Of a stretch of 58,435 nucleotides of DNA, positions 27,120 through 39,272 are shown piece after piece; the first letter of the stretch is position 1, and every line of letters begins with the position of its first letter. This stretch comes from Octopus bimaculoides (taxonomy: Eukaryota): NCBI RefSeq assembly GCF_001194135.2, contig NC_068999.1, positions 34,102,495-34,160,929 of the forward strand. Direction: 5' to 3'. The notes under the pieces were generated by a model. It saw nothing but the letters and a program-made list of their open reading frames with translations, searched no databases and was not told the origin of the DNA. The translations under genes were made by a program, and so were the position numbers.

Positions 27120-27500
27120 CAATCTTGATTTCGTAGCTCTTTGGCATATAGTGGTTGTTGTTATTGTGGATTAACCCCATGGCAGCTCTAACCGTTGCAT
27201 GTGTAGTGGACCGCGCTACAAGTCATAATCCACTGTTCCTTTTATTCTGATGTACCATGCACGGTGATGTATTTTTGCGGATCTGCAACTCATAGCTCCA
27301 AGTGTACCATGTAGCATGGTGTGTAAGTACCAAGCTCTAATCCATTGTGGTACATCCCTGTTACACATCGATTCATCTACTGATCAAACACTCTATACAT
27401 ACCATCATGTATAATTACCTTTGCTGCTCTGATCACAGTTTATAGCTTCAGCTGTACTCTGTATACTTACACGGATTCCCATGAATCTCTGTCGCTACCA
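27120..27500 (-). mobile_element. Highly decayed LINE RT-thumb fragment, probably RTE
   Basis: Fragmentary minus-strand translation (LKL*TVIRAA...YIRIKGTV...ICQRA) follows the order of RTE post-RT motifs, with many stops and frameshifts. Confidence 0.35.
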
Positions 27501-27529
27501 CGCATACTATTCCTGAGGTCTTAGGGAAA

Positions 27530-27532
27530 GAG

Positions 27533-27601
<69 letters not shown>
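27530..27601. repeat. (CTAT)n microsatellite
   Basis: Directly visible. Confidence 0.95.
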
Positions 27602-27603
<2 letters not shown>

Positions 27604-27614
27604 AATTTCTCAGT

Positions 27615-27860
27615 GCAAATCCCGCCGTGGTCAACTTTGACTTTCATCCTTTTTAGCTTCGTTAAAATACCAGTAAAGTGCTGGGACGACACTAAGTCCC
27701 TCACCCCTCAAAACATTCCTTTCTTAATCAGTAATCCTTACGAGCCACGTGGGAGGCGGTGAACTGATAGAATGTTTAGCGCATCATACAAAAGGCTTAG
27801 CGGTATTTCTTCAAACTCTAAAGGTTTTGAGTTCAAATTCCACCAACGTCAAAATTATAT
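27615..27860 (+). mobile_element. Two degenerate SINE family B fragments
   Basis: CAAATCCCGCCGTGGTCAACTTTGACTTTCATCC, then GGCGGTGAACTGATAGAATG...TGAGTTCAAATTCC. Confidence 0.65.
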
Positions 27861-28099
27861 TTAAACTGTTATGGGGTCTATTAAACGAGTGCAAGCCGAG
27901 TACTGACTTCTACGTAGTCGACTTAACCACTCGTTCTAAAACTGCTGGCCTTGTGCCAAAATTTGAAATCTTTATTAGTTATGTGTTCCTATCCTTCACT
28001 AGTACTCAGTAAAATCCTTTTTGTCAGACCTCATTAAATTGTTTTGTAAAATTCTATTAAAGGCCATTTTTAATTTATTAACATACTTACCTACTTTTA

Positions 28100-28270
28100 T
28101 TTTTTATCTTTTACTTGCTTCAGTCATTAGACTGCGGCCATGCTCGGGCACCGCCATGAAGAATTTTCAGTCGAATGAATCGACTTCAGTTGTGTTTTTT
28201 AAAGCCTGGTACTTATTCTATCGTTCCTTTAGGTCGAACCGCAAGTGCTGATGGGTGACAAACACACACA
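28100..28270 (-). mobile_element. SINE family A 3' half
   Basis: TTTTACTTGCTTCAGTCATTAGACTGCGGCCATGCTCGGGCACCGCC is the reverse complement of the family A tail. Confidence 0.85.
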
Positions 28271-28945
28271 CACACACATTCATATAAATATATATATATA
28301 TANNNNNNNNNNNNNNNNNNNNNNNNNNNNNNNNNNNNNNNNNNNNNNNNNNNNNNNNNNNNNNNNNNNNNNNNNNNNNNNNNNNNNNNNNNNNNNNNNN
28401 NNNNNNNNNNNNNNNNNNNNNNNNNNNNNNNNNNNNNNNNNNNNNNNNNNNNNNNNNNNNNNNNNNNNNNNNNNNNNNNNNNNNNNNNNNNNNNNNNNNN
28501 NNNNNNNNNNNNNNNNNNNNNNNNNNNNNNNNNNNNNNNNNNNNNNNNNNNNNNNNNNNNNNNNNNNNNNNNNNNNNNNNNNNNNNNNNNNNNNNNNNNN
28601 NNNNNNNNNNNNNNNNNNNNNNNNNNNNNNNNNNNNNNNNNNNNNNNNNNNNNNNNNNNNNNNNNNNNNNNNNNNNNNNNNNNNNNNNNNNNNNNNNNNN
28701 NNNNNNNNNNNNNNNNNNNNNNNNNNNNNNNNNNNNNNNNNNNNNNNNNNNNNNNNNNNNNNNNNNNNNNNNNNNNNNNNNNNNNNNNNNNNNNNNNNNN
28801 NNNNNNNNNNNNNNNNNNNNNNNNNNNNNNACTAGCTGGACTCTATTAACTCTTTTAACTCTGAACTATTTATTATTCACATGTATATATGTGTGGGTGT
28901 ACATACATACATGTATACATGCATACAAACAAACATACATACATG

Positions 28946-28976
<31 letters not shown>

Positions 28977-29177
28977 ATATATACATGTATGTATGTACAC
29001 TCGGACATATATGTATGCATATATATGTGTATATCTGTGTGTGTGTGTGTATACATATGTATTTATATATGGATATATATATATGCATATGAATGCATGC
29101 GTACATACGTTTGTGTGTCGTGCTTGTGTTTATATGTGTGTGTATATATATATAAATAATTATTAACTGCACACACA

Positions 29178-29212
<35 letters not shown>

Positions 29213-32200
29213 GCACACGCGCGCACACACTCATACACACACCCACATACACGCACACACACACACATACACATGCTCGCACATATGTACATATATACAT
29301 GCAGTCAAACATCAAGTCATTCAAACAAACATAGAAACACGGGTATACGTTCTATCGTATAAATGTAACATACTTACTCCCTTACCCTTGCATGAAAAAC
29401 ATGTCAAGTAAAATTGAATTTGCGTTAATTTACCCCTTTAAAAGAACTTAATGTATTTCTTAACCTTCGTGAGTATTTACACGGAAACGTTTTAGTTCCT
29501 TTGTATCGTTTCTTTATGAGTACGAAGTTACAAATTTTGAACTAAACGATTTCTTGGTCTTCGTACAGTGATTATCCTAATAGCTCATAATTTTATAAAG
29601 ACGGTCACCAGTTGGCTGAATCGTTTAGAGTGTCGGACAAATTGCGTTGTAGTAATCGTTCCGGCTCTCTGCGTTTTGAGTTTTCTAATCCCGCTGAGGA
29701 CAGCATAGACTTCCCTCCTTTTAGGCTTGATAAAATAAAGTACCATTCCAGTGCGGAATGTATTCTTCTCGTTCTACTTGCCCTTTCTGGAAGATATCGG
29801 CTGACGTTAGTCAGATCTTGAGAGAAATGGGCTTAGCTAGGTCTAAAATGTGCCCAAGACTCACTGCATGTAACGACATGTCCTTCAACACCACCAAGAC
29901 AAATTTTGAGTATTTTATAACAGAGTTTCATATTAGAAAAAAAAAAAAATTATTGTTTCGCAAATCTAAGAAGTTAGCTGTTCCAACAGCCAATAGAACA
30001 ATGATTTCCCGTTACTACCTGTTAATAGACAACGGATGAGCAACGGCAGCTATGTCAATGAAAACAACAACTCAAGAGGCAGGTGATATCAACACAACCA
30101 CTACCACTACTGCCACAACCAGTGCCGACTGAGACAACAACAAAAACAAAAAGCACGAAGGACAAAAAGAAGAAAAACCAAATTGTCAATTCAACACGCC
30201 TGCAAATTTCACTTCCACCTCCACCACCACTATTAACACGAACATTAAAAAAATCAGACACCAAGACTAGTAAATCTAGCGTTGGTGAAAGAAGTAATGC
30301 AATTATCACATCAAGATTTAAAAGATACTAAATCCATTCTTAAAAGTTCTGGACGAAACGAAGAATTAAATATAATAAATCCATCGAAATAAAAAGTCGA
30401 AAGATCGAGCAAGTGACAGTGCAGTAAGTAGAAAAGTGGGTCAGGTTAATTTGGGGCACCCAAAGCAAGTCGCTTGGGGGAAAGAAGACGACACAGAAAA
30501 GGGGAAATTCCCAACAAAGTATGAAGCCAAGCAAAACTTAACAATAACACTTCAGAGTAACGAACTGGTACTAATACCAATCTATCTTGGCTGTACTGTA
30601 GTAACAAAAAAAAACAAAAAAAACAAAATTGCCGACGTTTCTTCAGAAGAAATCATCTGCTGAGTTGGCAAATTAATATTCTGCAGGTCAAAGGACAGTA
30701 AAAACCAAATTAGTCAGGCAAAGAATTCACTCCAAACGGACTAAGAAGTATGGAATCCATCCCGGTCCTTGTCAATCTACCAAGCAGCACTAGATTATAC
30801 GTGTCCGTGGAAAGCAAGAAAGCAAAGAGCCATTTGTATTGTGACAATCCATCTCAAGACTTTGTATTCACGGCAAAGAAGAAGAGAGAGAAGACATCAC
30901 TTTTGCCGATATTATCATGACTAATAGCAACAACAGGGCAACGAAAAAAGCAACAGAACTAACAGCAGCATGTGGTCACAACAGCAACATCAGCATCAAT
31001 GACTATATAAAAACCAGTAGCCGCGAGAACAGAAGTCACACCAGCACCAATAACAACAGCAATAATGATTGCAGTATCAGCTATGAGACTTGAAGCAACA
31101 ACGACAGCAACTGCAACAGCCACAGTTGAATGAACAAAAACAGCAACAAAAACAACAGAAAATACACCACCAGCATGGGGCACCACATCACAGACAACGC
31201 AACAAGAGCAACAGAAACAAAAGACACGAAAGCAACAAGGAGTTTATGATGAGGGCCCTAAATGGCAAACAGAAGCAAATAGAAACAAAAAAGAAACAGA
31301 AAAAGAAAAAAAAACACACCAACAAAAAAAATGGGTGAATTGCCTTCAAGTAACGATGTGTCAACGTCATTGCCAACAACGGTTACACCAGTACTATCAA
31401 TATCATCATCTCCACCATTGCCACGACTGAAATCTCAAGCAAAGACACAATCAAAGCCCCCCCTCTCTCTCTCTCTCACACAATCTCAAGAGTCAAAACA
31501 CATCCCCCAACACGGTAAAACAACAAGAGAGAGGAAATCATTAACTACTTAAGCAAAGAGAATAAAAATTCGAGAGGATCACATACACAAAAATACAAAT
31601 ATCACTCATAACTTACATTACATTAACTAATAGCAGTCCTCTACACATAAAACTTATTCAAATCAAACAATGCACATGCAACATTTTTGAAAGTGAATTC
31701 TCCAGTGAAGTAGGAAACTTCAGAGGGAATATAAAGAAAAGACTGTTGATGGACTCAACTATAACCACCCAGTGAGTAGCAGGTGACGTCTCTCTTTGTA
31801 ATACCCACATTTTCGCAGTTCGTCTATTGGACGGAGATGCAGTCCTGGGTTTTAAAAAAATTGGTAATATTAGGCGCCTGGCATCAGGAATTCGGGAACT
31901 TATCACATCCATAGCAAAAAGTATACAAAAATGTGCATTGACAAATACTACATCAGTAAAGAAACAATAATTGTTTGAAATTGCTGAGTGGAATAATAAT
32001 CTTTTCTAGTACAGGCACAAGGCCTATGATAGCCGGAAGAAATGCTGCTAAAAATTTTTGTTCAAACTTACCACGCTAATAAATTTTAGGGTAGAATGTG
32101 TAATAGTAAAGAGTAACTTTCTCACTCCAGATTGGAAACTTCGCTTTTATGTGGTGTTTAAATTGTCAATTTCGGGTGGAGGTCTTCCTGAAGATCCACT

Positions 32201-34376
32201 TAATGAAAATACTTTCCTCTTATAGGAACAAACTTTGAAATTAGAGGGATGATTGTCCAGTTTTGAAGTGTAGGTCTTCCTGCCATTGCACAATATAGAA
32301 ACATGCTAATTAAGGGTAAACATTTCCTATAAAAAGGCAGACAACTTTCTCTTTTTAGATTGAAAACGTTAAAAGAAAATGATAACCTTCCAGTCTGGAA
32401 GTGGAGAAATTCCTACATTGGGTAAGCTAGCTGAGAGTATTCCGTCCAGTGTAGAAACATATACTTCTTCCCAAGTGCCAATGAAGTACTTTCCATTAAA
32501 TCTATTTAATCTGTAGGAATGGACGATAAAGGCATAACGCAAGGTGAAAACGGAATAATTAATCCAAGAATTATTTATACAGCTACTAATTAATTAATTA
32601 ATTAGGATATATAATTAAAATCATCTAGGGAGAGAATAAGCGGTTCCATAATAGAGTAATCAAATATTCTACTGAAAGAAATATGGCAAATTTCTTTAAA
32701 TATGAAATAAATCCGAAGAATTATCCACGACTAAACAAATACAAATTTGTGTTGTTCAATACATAAATAAGAAAAGTCAGAATTAATTAAAAAGGGATAT
32801 AATGCAGAATCGAAACCGTTTGGCAGAGTCGTTTTGGCTGCGACATATCCACAATACGGCGCCATCAGCAATAAAGTAAAAGTTTTTTAAAAAATGGAAG
32901 GAGGAACAGAAAGAAATTTTAGGAACAATTCGATATGGTTATTAAATTATATAGTAATTGGAGCGAAAAGGCTTTCTCTGAAGACATCAGAGAATTCGAC
33001 TGTGCCGGGGTCAACGGTTAATCTGCTACATGTAGGTTCAAACAAACAATTTGACTACCGCAGAAAAAGAAAATTGAAAGTTATTTCATCGTAACACCAA
33101 ATGACTGCCATTTACACATGCATACATACATACATACATACATACGTACATACATACATACACACACATGCTCACACATACACATATATAAAAATTATAT
33201 ATATCATATGTGTATATATATATATATATATANNNNNNNNNNNNNNNNNNNNNNNNNNNNNNNNNNNNNNNNNNNNNNNNNNNNNNNNNNNNNNNNNNNN
33301 NNNNNNNNNNNNNNNNNNNNNNNNNNNNNNNNNNNNNNNNNNNNNNNNNNNNNNNNNNNNNNNNNNNNNNNNNNNNNNNNNNNNNNNNNNNNNNNNNNNN
33401 NNNNNNNNNNNNNNNNNNNNNNNNNNNNNNNNNNNNNNNNNNNNNNNNNNNNNNNNNNNNNNNNNNNNNNNNNNNNNNNNNNNNNNNNNNNNNNNNNNNN
33501 NNNNNNNNNNNNNNNNNNNNNNNNNNNNNNNNNNNNNNNNNNNNNNNNNNNNNNNNNNNNNNNNNNNNNNNNNNNNNNNNNNNNNNNNNNNNNNNNNNNN
33601 NNNNNNNNNNNNNNNNNNNNNNNNNNNNNNNNNNNNNNNNNNNNNNNNNNNNNNNNNNNNNNNNNNNNNNNNNNNNNNNNNNNNNNNNNNNNNNNNNNNN
33701 NNNNNNNNNNNNNNNNNNNNNNNNNNNNNNNNNNNNNNNNNNNNNNNNNNNNNNNNNNNNNNNNNNNNNNNNNNNNNNNNNNNNNNNNNNNNNNNNNNNN
33801 NNNNNNNNNNNNNNNNNNNNNNNNNNNNNNNNNNNNNNNNNNNNNNNNNNNNNNNNNNNNNNNNNNNNNNNNNNNNNNNNNNNNNNNNNNNNNNNNNNNN
33901 NNNNNNNNNNNNNNNNNNNNNNNNNNNNNNNNNNNNNNNNNNNNNNNNNNNNNNNNNNNNNNNNNNNNNNNNNNNNNNNNNNNNNNNNNNNNNNNNNNNN
34001 NNNNNNNNNNNNNNNNNNNNNNNNNNNNNNNNNNNNNNNNNNNNNNNNNNNATATATGTATATATATATATATATATATATGTCCTAAATCGTTTGACGG
34101 ACACCAGTGAGAATATGCGATACTTAATGTCCATATATGCACATAAGAAACTGGATAAATTTTACTACTTTGCTATTACTTTAAACTTCATGCTAAATCG
34201 AAGATTCATCGCATAGATATGATGGACCGGAAAGGTTTGGATAAAAAAGCCAGTTGGCGCCGAGAATTTCTTCACTCCGATCACATTCATCTGAAGAATG
34301 CGTCATTCAGCTTGAAATTTAATGTATCGGAAAAAGAGTAATATTTATTTAGTTTATAAGATATATTTGTATATGT

Positions 34377-34413
<37 letters not shown>

Positions 34414-34555
34414 TATGCATGTTTGGATGGAAGTATGTATGCATGTATATATGTATGTACGTACGTATGTATTATGTATGTATGTGTGTATGTATATATC
34501 TCTCCCACCCTCTCTCTCCCTCTCTACCTCACTCTTTTTCTCTCTTTCTCTCTCG

Positions 34556-34588
<33 letters not shown>

Positions 34589-35343
34589 TGCATAGTAGAT
34601 ACATACACACACACACACATGTATGTACGTACGTTTGTACATAAGGTGCGTATGTGTATGCATAGACGTGCTATGAATTAAGTGATGTATGCACGTATAA
34701 GTTGCATGGTATATTTTCAGTGCACACATTGCTAATGGTTTATCGCTTAAAAATTACACTCACACACACATTCACATGCAAATATATATACCAATGTTAT
34801 GTAATGTTATATACTGTATACATTCTTCAAATACACAATATGAATACATAAGTCTATATACATAAAATATAGATATAAATTAGTATATAAACACATATAT
34901 ATAGAATGTAANNNNNNNNNNNNNNNNNNNNNNNNNNNNNNNNNNNNNNNNNNNNNNNNNNNNNNNNNNNNNNNNNNNNNNNNNNNNNNNNNNNNNNNNN
35001 NNNNNNNNNNNNNNNNNNNNNNNNNNNNNNNNNNNNNNNNNNNNNNNNNNNNNNNNNNNNNNNNNNNNNNNNNNNNNNNNNNNNNNNNNNNNNNNNNNNN
35101 NNNNNNNNNNNNNNNNNNNNNNNNNNNNNNNNNNNNNNNNNNNNNNNNNNNNNNNNNNNNNNNNNNNNTATGTAAATACGCTTATATTTCTGAATGTGTG
35201 GGTGGGTGGTCGTTTGTGTTCGTGTGATATCAGAGGTGCTCGTGTGGGAGATGGATGTAGGGTGGTGTGTATATACATATATACACACATACACACAAAC
35301 ACACACGCACTCACACACACACACACACACACACACATGTATG

Positions 35344-35396
<53 letters not shown>

Positions 35397-35527
35397 ATAC
35401 ATTCATCCACATAAATACATCATTTTCACATATATACATATAGATACATATATATACATATATATACATATATATACATATATTTGTTTGTGTGTATGTG
35501 TATATGTATGTTATGTATGTAAGAACG

Positions 35528-35559
<32 letters not shown>

Positions 35560-36126
35560 TAAATGTGCGTGTGTATATACGTGTCTGTGTTACACTCATG
35601 ACAATGAATTTCACTTAATTTAGCAAAATTATTATTGAAAATATTTAGGGTATTTTAATATGGTTCATGCCGGCGGGCCTTCTAAATGTTTCATCTTAGT
35701 TTCCATGTCTGCAAAATTTAAAAGGATGCTGGGATGTAGCTTTTTAATTATATGCGTTTTGTCCTGATCTGGGTCGCAACAATGTTACACATTACACCTA
35801 GTCAGTCGAATGCACCTTCCTATTCATCTTACTGCCGTAGTTAAAACGTATTGACATAGCATGTGTATGCATATATGCATGCATGTATGTACGTATTCAC
35901 ACACACATATATACACATGTATTCTCGTATGTATATTTGTGTATGTATGTATTATGTAAATACAGTATTCATGCTATATGCGCATATACAAATGCACACA
36001 CGCACACACAAACACACACACACTCACACGTGCAGATCGCAAACATACCACATTCCTACTACACGCACACACGCACGCACCACACACATATACTTATGTG
36101 CATATATGTAGGTATATATGTTTGCG

Positions 36127-36210
<84 letters not shown>

Positions 36211-36320
36211 CGTGAGTGCGTATGTATATATACACACACACACACACACATATAAATATAGATTACTGCGATGGGTTTTGTTAAGCAGCGTCGATTTTTA
36301 CAATTCTGTAAATAATAATA

Positions 36321-36689
36321 ATAAGCTTAAACCTTATATGCCATCACCATGCAATGACTAAAAAATTAGCTTTCTCGTACGCGTGGGACTCGAACCTACA
36401 CCTCTTTCTTTTCGCGACAAGTGAGCTCACCAATTGCACCAACGTACAACCATGCTTCACAAGAAAAACAACACTACGAACTAATTATAGTTCTTAAATC
36501 TGACGGTAAAATGCACGGTTGTACGTTGGTGCAATTGGCTAGAACTCTTGTCACAAAAACAAAGAGCTGTGGGTTCGAGTCCCACGCGTAGGGGAGAACC
36601 TACTTATTTCCGTCGAGGGCTTATATGCCCCCTTTTTAGATTATTTCTTTAGTCATTGTGCAGTGATCGCTTATAGGTTTTAAGCTTAT
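36321..36689. mobile_element. Foldback element made of two divergent tRNA-derived units
   Basis: Arms 36321-36455 and 36513-36689 are inverted copies. Each has A-box TGGTGCAATTGG and B-box GGTTCGAGTCC; the right copy has a perfect T-stem GTGGG/CCCAC. Confidence 0.85.
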
Positions 36690-36802
36690 AAAATACTATT
36701 ATATAATATACACATACACATATGTGTATATATAATTCGCCATGATAGACCGCTGACCACTAGATTTATATTATTTTTTTCTCCTTGTTTCTTTCTGTGT
36801 TC

Positions 36803-36838
36803 CTTTCAGTTGAAGAGCGTAGGCTCGAAACGTCAAAG
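36803..36838 (+). ncRNA. Minimal type I hammerhead-derived motif with a damaged core, in a pLTR-like repeat (about 36740-36930)
   Basis: Stem I CTTT/AAAG, core CAGTTGA (vs CTGANGA), A, stem II GAGC/GCTC, GAAA, palindromic ACGT, GUC triplet. Confidence 0.6.
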
Positions 36839-37804
36839 AGTTTCTCTATTCCCGAGCGTTAAACTAATACATCCATTTGTTGTTTACACCACCTGTCTTC
36901 GTCTGTTGTGTTTTTCGTAAATTCTCCCATATATATATGCACACTGAGGCATAAAATTATAACGTACATAATTATTCATATGTTCACATGGATATACAAA
37001 TATTCTCTACCGCCCTCTGACTTGCAATATAGATTTAGGCACAGAGAAAAGATCAAACAGAATGCGGCAAACATGTATACATATATACAAGGACACACAC
37101 ACACACATATATATATATATGCGGTGCTCCAGTATGTCCACAGTCTTTGACTCAAACATACAAATGGATAAATACATTTTTTTTCACCCAAACATCTACA
37201 TGCATGCATTCATATACACACAACAATGTATTTGCACCTGGTGTGTGTGTATATATGTATATACTACATATGTGGGAAATTCTGTCTGTGGGTGTGTTTG
37301 TAGAGTTGTTAGCTAACTACTCCTATATAGTTTTATCGATTTTGATGAAACTTGACACATGAGTAGAACTCATGTCTGGAAACCTCATGGCATACTCGGA
37401 TTGTTGAGAAAAATCCATAATAGGGCCCCTGGAGGGGATCCTTATATATATCTAATATATTTCATATTAACAGCCAAGGGAAATAATCCACTCGCCCAGA
37501 TTTTAACAGCCATGGGAAATAACTCAGTCGTTTTTCTAAATAATTTGGTATAAATTTAATTGAGTATGCTTATTTCTTACTATTGGAACTGTTAGAGTTA
37601 TTTTCGCGTCAGCTAGTATATATATATATATATATNNNNNNNNNNNNNNNNNNNNNNNNNNNNNNNNNNNNNNNNNNNNNNNNNNNNNNNNNNNNNNNNN
37701 NNNNNNNNNNNNNNNNATTAATTTTTACTCCACAAAAGTAAAGAGTAACCCATCAGATTAATGAAAAATTGTTTTATTATAACTGAACATAAACACAAAC
37801 ATTA

Positions 37805-37850
<46 letters not shown>

Positions 37851-38017
37851 TTATGAATTTGTGTTGCAAGAGTCCTGGTGTGAAATCATGTGTTGAAGTA
37901 GACATTGTTATATTTCGAGATGATAATATTATTATTTTTTTTTTGCCAAATAAACACACGCACTATATATTTATTGTTCACTCGTTTATTACTGTTCTTA
38001 TTCTAACTCATGTCCAT

Positions 38018-38063
38018 TGTCCAAAAATCTTTCATCACACACCTGTGACCTCTTCAGCGACAC
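38018..38063 (-). ncRNA. Type I hammerhead motif with an intact core; stems I/III decayed
   Basis: Reverse complement GTGTCG-CTGAAGA-G-GTCAC-AGGTGT-GTGAT-GAAA-GATTTTTGGACA. Confidence 0.65.
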
Positions 38064-38218
38064 TTTCCGTCTTCGTGTGTGCTCTTGCTCGACTTATTTT
38101 TCCTATAACGTTTCGTATCGAGACGTCAAATGTAAACAGACAATGAGATCGGAGGCAAAATGGATGATGAGTGGCTATATAAACAATGCGTTCGGAGGCA
38201 AGAGGCAAGAGTGGGTTT

Positions 38219-38272
38219 GATGAGTGCTGAAGAAGGGGCTACAACCCCCGAAATATGGCTTTTACACACATT
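38219..38272 (+). ncRNA. Type I hammerhead, copy 1 of the tandem unit
   Basis: GATGAGTG-CTGAAGA-A-GGGG/CCCC-GAAA. Stem II is intact; stem III and the 3' arm of stem I carry mismatches. Confidence 0.7.
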
Positions 38273-38629
38273 AACCACTTTTGTCTTCGACCACATTGTC
38301 TGTTTACATTTGGCGTTTCGATACGGAACGTTGTAACAAAAATCAGTGCTGGCTGTAAGTTCTATACAGCATCTGCAGAAATAACTTAGCAGAATAATGT
38401 AAGAGCACTGCTGACACAATAGAACGTGGTACCGACTTATGAAAATATTTAGTATACCTTATAGTATATTGTGTTTACATTACGAAGTATCACGTACCTA
38501 TAAATCGTTCATGTTCACGTACCAGCCCCAGGAATGCGTCTAATATGTAAATTGGTACATCCAATAACTTAACACGGCTGTATAAACAATGGCTGTATAA
38601 GCAATGCCTTCGGAGGTAAGAATGGGTTT

Positions 38630-38683
38630 GATGAGTGCTGAAGAAGGAGCAACAACCCCCGAAATATGCCATATACACTCATT
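38630..38683 (+). ncRNA. Type I hammerhead, copy 2 of the tandem unit
   Basis: 8-bp stem I GATGAGTG/CACTCATT, CTGAAGA, stem II GGAG/CCCC (one mismatch), GAAA, stem III ATAT/ATAT. Predicted AUA cleavage after 38675. Confidence 0.8.
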
Positions 38684-38805
38684 ACCCACTTTGTCTTCGA
38701 TCATATTGTCTGTTTACATCCAATGTCTTGATACGAAACATTGTAGCAAAAGTCAGTGCTGGCTATAAGATCTATAGAGTATCTGTAAAAATAACCTTAA
38801 CAGAA

Positions 38806-39058
38806 TCCTTTGATTATAATATCTCGGCAAAAGAATTTGATAAGCTCAGAAAATATAAAGATTTGTTGATTGAAATCGAAAAAAAGGTGGCATCTCAAGA
38901 CGGTTACAATACTAATGATTGTAAGAGCACTTGGAATGATCAAAAAAGGAATTGAAAATTATTTAAGAATGATCCCTGGCTTACCATCCATGCAAGAAGT
39001 GCAAACAATTTTCTTAACTGGTACGTCACACGTATTGAGAAAAGAATTGTCGCTGTGA
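38806..39058 (+). mobile_element. 3' end of a restriction-like-endonuclease non-LTR retrotransposon (R4/Dong-type)
   Basis: FDYNISAKEFDKLRKYKDLLIEIE / WHLKTVTILMIVRALGMI...EVQTIFLTGTSHVLRK is the KE-x2-K-x2-KY-x-DL / GALG tail of RLE LINEs. Confidence 0.85.
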
Positions 39059-39272
39059 ATTTTCTTCCTTTTCCCCCCTTATTTTCTTTGTTTTTTTCTT
39101 TTTTTTTCTTTCTTTCCTCTGACTTCCTTCCTTTTTATTTTCTATCACATGACTTTGTAAATGAACAATCAGGTGTGTTTATTTTGATGGTCTACTAATA
39201 TATACAGTGATTTTCTTTGTCCTAGGTGTTGGGAAGACACTGTGCAAGAAATGGAAACAAAATTGAAAGAAT

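Noticed and set aside
29758-30039. ORF with ILREMGLARSKMCPRLTAC, faintly like a Merlin/ISXO2 N-terminus
   Set aside because: No TIRs and no catalytic motifs, and its start overlaps a SINE remnant.
32176-32215. CTGAAGA...GAAA at 32.2 kb (also a similar string at about 34290)
   Set aside because: No stem II adjoins GAAA and stems I/III are absent, so these are not hammerheads.
35660-35720. Strong minus-strand acceptor (TTTTAAATTTTGCAG) followed by METKMKHLEGPPA*
   Set aside because: A single splice signal with a 13-codon frame is expected by chance in AT-rich DNA.
36513-36590. Functional tRNA gene
   Set aside because: The anticodon loop lacks U33 and differs between the two arms, and the acceptor stem is incomplete. 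Treated as a tRNA-derived repeat.
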